Assembly: GCA_964457135.1 (NCBI GenBank) | Contig: CAYWED010000002.1 | Coordinates: 1-40,787, forward strand | From: an uncultured Muribaculaceae bacterium | GTDB lineage: Bacteria; Bacillota_I; Bacilli_A; RF39; UBA660 | DNA: 40,787 nucleotides | Reading direction: 5' to 3' | Shown here: piece by piece, positions 34,191 through 40,787 of the stretch | How the letters are laid out: the number at the start of each line of letters is the position of its first letter | Numbering within the stretch: position 1 is the first letter of the stretch | Notes under the pieces: generated by a model | Told to the model about the DNA's origin: nothing | What the model saw: only the letters and a program-made list of their open reading frames with translations | Database searches by the model: none | Translations under genes and position numbers: made by a program

Positions 34191-34988
34191 GTGAAAAATA
34201 CTTTAAAAAGAATAGATTTGTGTTTAATAAACCAATTAATCTTATCAGTAATCGTGCTACTAATAGGTGTTGTAGTAACAATATTCAAATCATTTGGGTT
34301 AATTGATATAGTTTTATATATTTCATTATTATTTTATATTTACTCATTTTTTAGCATACTACTATATTTTATAAGAAGAAAAGAAGGAGATTACGAACTT
34401 TTACTATTATCATTAATTAATATAATAACAGCAACATTTATGTTTGTATTTAAAAAAGATAATCCTCCAATGATACTAGGTGCAGCAATGACTATTTATA
34501 CAATATTGTTAGTAATAAATAGGGGAGTAAAAATTTTAAAATTAAAAAGCGAAAACAATTTTATGTGGGTAGTAAAATTTTTAGTAACATTCTTAATTGC
34601 ATTTTTAGGAATGCTTACAACATATAATTTGTTTAACGAAGTTACAGTACAAACATTAATGTTTGGATTCTACTTTATGAGTTTAGGATTTATGACAACA
34701 ATAGAAAATCTAATTGAAATTTTTATAACTGATACAATATTTAAAAAAATACTATCAAAAATATTAGAAGATGAAAATGTAAAATTAGAAGAAATAATAG
34801 AAATAGTTGATTTAGATAGTACTAAATCAGAATCTAAACCAAAAACAGTAAAAGTAAAAAAAGAAGCGTCAACTGTTACTAAAAAAGCAGGTAGACCAAA
34901 AAAAGAAACTAAGACTAAAACAACAAAAAAAGAGGAAACCCCTACACCAAGAAGAGTAGGTAGACCTAGAAAATCAGATATAAGGTAA
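34191..34988 (+). CDS. six-TM membrane protein with a Lys-rich C-terminal tail carrying two AT-hook (GRP) motifs
   Basis: GTG 34191 lies 5 nt after AGAGGTGG. Six hydrophobic helices by eye. The tail reads ...KKAGRPKKETKTKTTKKEETPTPRRVGRPRKSDIR, with GRP at 34890-34898 and 34959-34967. Confidence 0.65.
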   Translation: MKNTLKRIDLCLINQLILSVIVLLIGVVVTIFKSFGLIDIVLYISLLFYIYSFFSILLYFIRRKEGDYELLLLSLINIITATFMFVFKKDNPPMILGAAMTIYTILLVINRGVKILKLKSENNFMWVVKFLVTFLIAFLGMLTTYNLFNEVTVQTLMFGFYFMSLGFMTTIENLIEIFITDTIFKKILSKILEDENVKLEEIIEIVDLDSTKSESKPKTVKVKKEASTVTKKAGRPKKETKTKTTKKEETPTPRRVGRPRKSDIR

Positions 34989-35021
34989 GTTAGCCTAAAG
35001 ACTTAACTTATCTTTTTTTTT
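34986..35021 (+). terminator. terminator after the AT-hook membrane protein gene
   Basis: TAAGTTA (34986-34992) pairs with TAACTTA (35004-35010), followed by TC and T9. Confidence 0.6.
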
Positions 35022-35074
35022 GTAATAAAGATTTTCCCTTTTTAATATATTTTACAGAAGGGGGAATTAAAAAA

Positions 35075-35338
35075 ATGGATATAATAAAAGTATCAAGTAA
35101 AAGTGCACCACAAAAAGTAGCAGGTGCAATAGCAAATTTATTTAGAGAAAAAGGAGAACCAATTGAAGTACAAGCAATAGGTGCAGGTGCTCTAAATCAA
35201 GCAATAAAAGGAATAGCAATAGCAAGAGGTTACGTAGCACCTACTGGAAAAAATCTCGTTTGTACCCCAGCATTTAGTGATATAACAATAGATGGGGAAG
35301 AAAGAACTGCCATTAAATTAATAGTCGAGGCTAAATAA
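35075..35338 (+). CDS. spoVS: stage V sporulation protein S
   Basis: 87 aa. IKVSSKSAPQKVAGAIANLFREKG...VQAIGAGALNQAIKGIAIARGY is near-canonical SpoVS. Confidence 0.85.
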   Translation: MDIIKVSSKSAPQKVAGAIANLFREKGEPIEVQAIGAGALNQAIKGIAIARGYVAPTGKNLVCTPAFSDITIDGEERTAIKLIVEAK

Positions 35339-35416
35339 GCCTTTTTCTTTTGCATTGAAAATTGTAATTTTACGTTATATAATAAAATTACAAATAAAAT
35401 AGTAGGAGGGTTAAAA

Positions 35417-36010
35417 ATGGCGAAATTATATTTTAGATATGGAGCAATGAATTGTGGAAAAAGTACAAGTCTTTTACAAGTTGCTCACAATTATGAAGAA
35501 AGAGGACAAAAAGTAATGGTTTGTAAACCTGATATAGATACAAAAGGTGAAGGACTAATAATATCAAGACTTGGAGGAAATGCACAACGTGAAGCAGACT
35601 ATTTATTATTAGAAGAAACATTAGTAAGTGACTTACTAAATAATATTACAGACGAACTAAGTTGTATATTAATTGATGAAGCACAATTTCTAACAAGAAA
35701 GCAAGTTGATGATTTATATTACATTACAAAATTAATAGGAATTCCTGTAATATGCTATGGTCTTCGATGTGATTTTGGTATGAATGGTTTTCCTGGCTCA
35801 ACAAGACTTCTTGAAATAGCTGACGATATAGAAGAAATGAAAACAATATGTAGATGTAGTAAGAAAGCAACACAAAACTTAAGAAGAGTAAATGGAATTG
35901 AAGTATTTACTGGAGAGCAAGTAGAAATAGATAATCAAGAAAACTTAGAATATGAAAGTTTATGTGGTGAATGTTATTTAAAACTAAAATACAAAAAAAG
36001 CAGACCTTAA
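35417..36010 (+). CDS. tdk: thymidine kinase
   Basis: P-loop GAMNCGKST, ILIDEAQFL, and the C-terminal zinc ribbon CRC...CGEC. Confidence 0.9.
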   Translation: MAKLYFRYGAMNCGKSTSLLQVAHNYEERGQKVMVCKPDIDTKGEGLIISRLGGNAQREADYLLLEETLVSDLLNNITDELSCILIDEAQFLTRKQVDDLYYITKLIGIPVICYGLRCDFGMNGFPGSTRLLEIADDIEEMKTICRCSKKATQNLRRVNGIEVFTGEQVEIDNQENLEYESLCGECYLKLKYKKSRP

Positions 36011-36027
36011 ATAGGTCTCTTTTAATT

Positions 36028-37158
36028 CTAATAATTATATTCACTAGTAATACCAAAATAATCTTCTAAAGTTATCCACTCTCCATTATTGTATAATTTA
36101 CTTGCTAATTCACTACCAACATATCTAAAATGCCAAGGTTCATAAATATATCCAGTTTCATTAGTTTTACCTTTAGGATATCTTAAAATAAATCCGTACT
36201 TATAACAATTTTCACTAAGCCATTTTGCTTCTTTTGTATTTGCAAATGCCTGACTAATATCATTTACATCAAATGCAAGTCCTGTTTGATGTTCACTGTG
36301 TCCTGGTCTTGCACTGTAAGTATCTGCTTCATTTTTTCCATCTCTAGAAACATATCTATTGTATATTGCTTCCTGTGTACTATAAGACCTAAATCCACTT
36401 GAAATATAAATATTTAAGCCTTCTTTTGCAGACTCACTTTTCATTTTACTAAACGCTTCATTAGTTTCACTTGTAAGACCATTTCCATAACTAGATGGTA
36501 AAGAATATGTTTTATTTGCAACTAACACTCCGTCAATATAAAGAGTACCATTCTTTATAACTCCATTAAAACCTTTAGAAGTAGTAAAAGTTCTATCACT
36601 CATAACATATCCACTAGATGTAGTAGGTCTTTTCTTAACAGTTAAAATCACTTCTTCTCTTGTTTCATTTCCACTAGAGTCTTTTGCCACATAATAAATT
36701 TTATATTCTCCTGGAGTACTTAAATCATAACTACCTTCAACACTAGGCTTTATTTTCTCTTTAGAATTATCACTAACCTTAACATCTTTAAGTAAGTTAG
36801 CATCCTCATTTGCAGTAGTCTCTATTGTTTTCTCACATTCAATACTAGGGCTTTCAGTATCAACAATTTTTACTACAAAATTATAATCACTCACTTGTCC
36901 AAATTTATTCTTTAACTTTAAAGTTATCTTTTTCTCTCCTAAAGTACTAGTATCAATATTTTCATTTTCAGTTATTACTTTTCCTTTACTAATACTTTTC
37001 ACAAAAGAAACATTGCTAACTTCTCCAAATATATCAACATCTAAATTATCAATAAGTTCTACTTTAACATCTTTATTTAAAAAATAATAAAGAAAAGAAC
37101 AACCTAAAACCAAAACGATTCCTATAACACTAAATATAATCAATTTCTTTTTATTCAT
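36028..37158 (-). CDS. M15B (VanY-like) D-alanyl-D-alanine carboxypeptidase with an N-terminal anchor and Ig-like domains
   Basis: SGFRSYSTQEAIY ... ARPGHSEHQTGLAFDV ... EPWHFRYVG are the M15 zinc-site motifs. An N-terminal TM helix is present. Confidence 0.75.
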   Translation of the reverse strand: MNKKKLIIFSVIGIVLVLGCSFLYYFLNKDVKVELIDNLDVDIFGEVSNVSFVKSISKGKVITENENIDTSTLGEKKITLKLKNKFGQVSDYNFVVKIVDTESPSIECEKTIETTANEDANLLKDVKVSDNSKEKIKPSVEGSYDLSTPGEYKIYYVAKDSSGNETREEVILTVKKRPTTSSGYVMSDRTFTTSKGFNGVIKNGTLYIDGVLVANKTYSLPSSYGNGLTSETNEAFSKMKSESAKEGLNIYISSGFRSYSTQEAIYNRYVSRDGKNEADTYSARPGHSEHQTGLAFDVNDISQAFANTKEAKWLSENCYKYGFILRYPKGKTNETGYIYEPWHFRYVGSELASKLYNNGEWITLEDYFGITSEYNY

Positions 37159-37275
37159 AAGACACCTTACCTTTTATGTAAATAATTTTATCACTTATAG
37201 AAAATAATTTCAAAATGCTTGCTTCAAAAAATTGATAAATCCCATAATTTATGTTATTCTTATTCTAGGTGTTAT

Positions 37276-37650
37276 ATGAAAAATAAAAAAGGGTTTACAT
37301 TAACTGAAATATTAGTTGTAATAGTATTACTTGTAGTTGTAACAGGTAGTACAATTTTTGGGATAGATGAAATATCAAAACAATCAAGAGAAAAAAGACT
37401 AAAAGAACTTATAAAAGACATCGAGCGTGCCACTGATGTTTACTTTAGTGATAATGACGTTTATAATGATGCTTTATTAAATGGTGGAATTGAAAATAGA
37501 TGCACAAGATTATACATACTTCAAAATGAAGGACTTATTGATATGGATTTAATTAATCCTGTAACAAATAAAAGAATTCCGGGAAATTTATGTGTCTATT
37601 CAACTCTTGATGAAGATGGAGTAATAACTCATACATTTTCAATAGATTAA
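37276..37650 (+). CDS. prepilin-type N-terminal cleavage/methylation domain protein (pseudopilin-like)
   Basis: MKNKKGFTLTEILVVIVLLVVVTG is a class III signal peptide (G-F-T-L-x-E). Confidence 0.7.
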   Translation: MKNKKGFTLTEILVVIVLLVVVTGSTIFGIDEISKQSREKRLKELIKDIERATDVYFSDNDVYNDALLNGGIENRCTRLYILQNEGLIDMDLINPVTNKRIPGNLCVYSTLDEDGVITHTFSID

Positions 37651-37720
37651 ATAAATATTGATAAATACTTAAAGTAATGTTAATATAAAGAACATTAATA
37701 AAACGAAAGGAAGAAATATA

Positions 37721-38485
37721 ATGGGAAGTGACTATTATGAAATTATACCAGAAAGTGGAAGATATCCATATAAACCAAGTGAAATTTGTTTTTGCCTAAG
37801 TGAATATGCTAAAAAGTATATAAAAGAAAATAGAGAAAAAATAAAAAATATTGACAGAAAAATAACAGAAGCAGTCATCGTGAATTTTATAAATTATTTA
37901 GGAATGGTAGGATGGTGTGATTTTGCATTATACACAAAAAGTCTACATGATGAAACATACAAAGGAAAGTTAGTTGATTCAAATACACTAATTTCAATAC
38001 TATTAAATTATGGAGGAATTTATCTATATAATAATGATTTTGTTACTAGTATTTTAGATAATAAACATATGAGTGAAATAACAAACCCATTCGAGCCATA
38101 CTTAGGTGAAATAGTGCTATTAGACTTTATAAATTATGTTACAAAACAAAATGGATATAAAAATGTATTTACTATAGATACTCTAATGACAAGGGCTAAA
38201 GTACAAAAAGATTTAATTGAAACTCACGATACACAAAGAGAGTTATCAAAATTAAAAACTTTCTTAATTAATTCAGGGAATTATTATAGAATATTATCTA
38301 AAACTCACTCTATTAATGAGGCTTACGAAGATATTAATGATATAGGCGAAATACTAGAACCTACTTTAGATTCTCGATTCTATGAATTAGCATATGCCTA
38401 TGCAAAATTAAATAGAGAAAAAGAAGAAGATGAAGAAATACCTGAACCTATACAAGAAAAGTTATTAGAAATGAAAGTAAGATAA
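37721..38485 (+). CDS. hypothetical protein
   Basis: 254-aa ORF with an AAGGAAG RBS and an acidic C-terminus. Confidence 0.55.
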   Translation: MGSDYYEIIPESGRYPYKPSEICFCLSEYAKKYIKENREKIKNIDRKITEAVIVNFINYLGMVGWCDFALYTKSLHDETYKGKLVDSNTLISILLNYGGIYLYNNDFVTSILDNKHMSEITNPFEPYLGEIVLLDFINYVTKQNGYKNVFTIDTLMTRAKVQKDLIETHDTQRELSKLKTFLINSGNYYRILSKTHSINEAYEDINDIGEILEPTLDSRFYELAYAYAKLNREKEEDEEIPEPIQEKLLEMKVR

Positions 38486-38524
38486 ATGCCTAAAAGCATT
38501 TTTTCTTTACCTTAAAATTAGTTA

Positions 38525-38553
38525 TTGACTGTCGTACTCTTGTTTGATATCAT
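38525..38553 (+). promoter_or_regulatory. uvrA promoter
   Basis: TTGACT (38525-38530), 17-nt spacer, TATCAT (38548-38553). Confidence 0.45.
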
Positions 38554-38619
38554 ATTGTTGCACTCATGAATAAATGAGTTATTTAAAGTGAATATTAAAT
38601 AGTAGGAAGTGTTATATAA

Positions 38620-40787
38620 ATGAATCAAATTATAGTAAAAGGTGCCAGAGAAAACAACCTAAAAAATATAGATATTGAAATACCAAAAAATAAACTTGTC
38701 GTAATGACTGGCGTAAGTGGAAGTGGAAAAAGTAGTCTTGCTTTTGACACAATATATGCAGAAGGTCAAAGAAGATACGTTGAAAGTCTAAGTGCATATG
38801 CCCGTCAATTTTTAGGAGGAACTGAAAAACCAGAGGTAGACTCAATAGAAGGATTAAGTCCAAGTATATCAATTGACCAAAAAACAACGAATAAAAACCC
38901 AAGAAGTACAGTTGGAACTGTAACTGAAATATATGACTATTTAAGACTATTATTCGCACGTATTGGTGTACCTTATTGTCCTAAACATAAGCGTCCAATT
39001 AAAAGCCAATCTATAGAAGAAATGGTTAACAAAATAATGGAGTATCCTGAGGGGACAAAAATAGAGGTATTATCTCCAATTGTTAGAGGAGAAAAAGGAA
39101 CACATAAAGATTTACTAGAAGATTTAAGAAAAGATGGATTTTCTCGTGTTAGAATAGATGGAGAAACTAGAAATTTAAGTGAAGAAATAACACTAGAAAA
39201 AAACATAAAAAACACAATTGAAGTAGTAGTAGATAGAATAGTTATAAAAGAAAATGCTAGAAGTAGATTATTTGAAGCAATAGAATTATCATGTAAAAAT
39301 GCAAGTGGTAGGGTACTTATAAACATAATAGGCGACAAAGAAATACTTATGAGTGAAAACTATGCGTGTCCAGACTGTGATTACTCTATAAGTGAACTTG
39401 AACCTCGTATGTTCTCATTTAATAGTCCTTACGGTGCATGTCCAGATTGTAAAGGTCTAGGAGTTAAAATGAGCATAGATGAAGATTTACTAATTCCTGA
39501 CAAAACAAAAAGCATAATGGAAGGTGCAGTAGTATCATTTCAAAGTGGAGAAACAATAAACATAGCATATAAAAAATTAAAATATGTTGCAGAATACTAT
39601 GGAATAGATTTATACAAACCAATAAAAGATTACACTAAATTTGAATATGAAACTATATTTTATGGTTCAAAAGATAAAATAGACTTTAAAGTAGAAACAA
39701 GAACAGGAAGCGTATTAAAAAGTTATGACTATTTTGAAGGAATAATAACTAACTTAGAAAGAAGATACATGGAAACGACAAGTCCTGGAATACGTGAATG
39801 GATAGAAACATACATGACTGAACTACCATGTGATACGTGTAAAGGAGCAAGACTATCTGAACCTATACTAAATGTATTTATAAACAAAAAGAACATAAAT
39901 GATGTAACTGAGATGAGTATAAGAGAATTAATCCCTTTCTTTGATAACTTAAAATTAACTAATGAAGAAAAAGAAATATCTTTCCTAATATTAAAAGAAA
40001 TAAAAGAAAGACTAAATTTCTTACACAATGTTGGATTAGACTATTTAACATTAAGTAGAAGTGCAAGTACACTTTCTGGTGGAGAAAGTCAAAGAATAAG
40101 ACTTGCAACTCAAATAGGTAGCAAACTAAGTGGAATATTATACGTCCTTGATGAACCAAGTATAGGACTACACCAAAGAGATAACGATAAACTTATAGCT
40201 TCACTAAAAGAAATGAGAGACCTAGGAAACACTTTAATTGTAGTAGAACACGATACAGACACAATGTTAGCAAGCGACTACATTATAGATATAGGTCCAG
40301 TGGCTGGAGAAAAAGGTGGATATGTAGTTGCAAAAGGTACACCAGAAGAAATAATGAAAAATGAAAGTAGCCTAACTGGAAAATATTTAAGTGGAAAACT
40401 AAAAATAGAAGTCCCTAAAAAAAGAAGAAAAGGTAATGGCAAGTTTATAGAAATAAAAGGTGCTTGTGAAAATAATTTAAAGAATATAAATGTAAAATTT
40501 CCTAGAGGAACATTCACTTGTGTAACTGGAGTAAGTGGAAGTGGAAAAAGTAGTTTAGTAAACGAAATTCTATATAAAAAGTTGTCTTCTTCAATATACA
40601 AATCTAAAGACAAGCCAGGAAAATTTAAATCAATAAAAGGAATAAGTGATATAGATAAAGTAGTTTATATAAGTCAAGACCCAATAGGAAGAACTCCAAG
40701 AAGTAATCCAGCAACATATGTAGGACTATTTGACCTTATAAGAGATGTATTCACAGAAACAAAAGAAGCGAAAATGAGAGGATATAA
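38620..40787 (+). CDS. uvrA: excinuclease ABC subunit A (3'-partial, continues beyond the window)
   Basis: My own translation from ATG 38620: MNQIIVKGARENNLKNIDIEIPKNKLVVMTGVSGSGKSSLAFDTIYAEGQRRYVESLSAYARQF... It has CPDC zinc modules, LSGGESQR, and a second Walker A (GVSGSGKSSL) near 40530. It is absent from the ORF track because it has no stop in the window. The listed minus-strand ORFs here are antisense artefacts. Confidence 0.95.
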   Translation, partial: MNQIIVKGARENNLKNIDIEIPKNKLVVMTGVSGSGKSSLAFDTIYAEGQRRYVESLSAYARQFLGGTEKPEVDSIEGLSPSISIDQKTTNKNPRSTVGTVTEIYDYLRLLFARIGVPYCPKHKRPIKSQSIEEMVNKIMEYPEGTKIEVLSPIVRGEKGTHKDLLEDLRKDGFSRVRIDGETRNLSEEITLEKNIKNTIEVVVDRIVIKENARSRLFEAIELSCKNASGRVLINIIGDKEILMSENYACPDCDYSISELEPRMFSFNSPYGACPDCKGLGVKMSIDEDLLIPDKTKSIMEGAVVSFQSGETINIAYKKLKYVAEYYGIDLYKPIKDYTKFEYETIFYGSKDKIDFKVETRTGSVLKSYDYFEGIITNLERRYMETTSPGIREWIETYMTELPCDTCKGARLSEPILNVFINKKNINDVTEMSIRELIPFFDNLKLTNEEKEISFLILKEIKERLNFLHNVGLDYLTLSRSASTLSGGESQRIRLATQIGSKLSGILYVLDEPSIGLHQRDNDKLIASLKEMRDLGNTLIVVEHDTDTMLASDYIIDIGPVAGEKGGYVVAKGTPEEIMKNESSLTGKYLSGKLKIEVPKKRRKGNGKFIEIKGACENNLKNINVKFPRGTFTCVTGVSGSGKSSLVNEILYKKLSSSIYKSKDKPGKFKSIKGISDIDKVVYISQDPIGRTPRSNPATYVGLFDLIRDVFTETKEAKMRGY

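Noticed and set aside
38533-38546. A possible LexA (Cheo) box, CGTACTCTTGTTTG, within the uvrA promoter spacer.
   Set aside because: It has four mismatches to CGAACRNRYGTTYC, including one in each conserved half-site arm. That is too degenerate to call without a genome-wide motif model.
38630-40613. Minus-strand ORFs in the track: 38630..38959, 38973..39338, 39729..40028, 39959..40159 and 40278..40613.
   Set aside because: They lie antisense to an unmistakable uvrA reading frame that the track omitted because it has no stop in the window. They are low-complexity Leu/Phe/Ser-rich artefacts of an AT-rich antisense strand.

Overview
This is a very AT-rich chromosomal segment that looks Firmicutes/Clostridia-like (SpoVS, ScpAB, UgtP-like GT28). 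It uses the standard bacterial code: TGG encodes Trp, TAA is the usual stop, and TGA and TAG also terminate genes. All calls come from reading the sequence and the ORF track by eye; no searches were run.

Housekeeping backbone: scpA-scpB, gltX followed by tRNA-Glu(CUC), thyA-folA plus a CofE-like ligase, an AI-2E transporter, a GT28 glycolipid synthase, a GDPD phosphodiesterase, trpS, an OmpR/HK two-component pair, spoVS, tdk, an M15/VanY-like peptidase, and the first ~722 codons of uvrA. uvrA runs off the window end and so is missing from the ORF track. tRNA-Leu(CAA) and tRNA-Met(CAU) are also present.

Accessory patches:
1. A retron locus at about 32.85-34.12 kb. It has a promoter, a structured msr-msd-like ncRNA and a retron-type RT carrying the NAxxH, YADD and VTG motifs. 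The RT keeps a good RBS and ATG but contains two in-frame TAA codons. A six-TM protein with a double AT-hook tail follows it.
2. A 90-nt duplication of the trpS 3' end that brackets a single P-loop NTPase gene.
3. An orphan HerA-like ATPase abutting a 5'-truncated, frameshifted Rpn-family gene.
4. A cluster next to tRNA-Leu holding a solitary MazF/PemK-like toxin, a convergent candidate sRNA, a PLC-like hydrolase and a LOG-like gene with an in-frame TAA.
5. A yefM-yoeB toxin-antitoxin module with a recognisable operator.
6. An IS30 element.
7. An ankyrin-repeat gene split at an A8 tract.

All of the disrupted genes are accessory genes; none of the housekeeping genes is disrupted. No CRISPR array or rRNA was seen.
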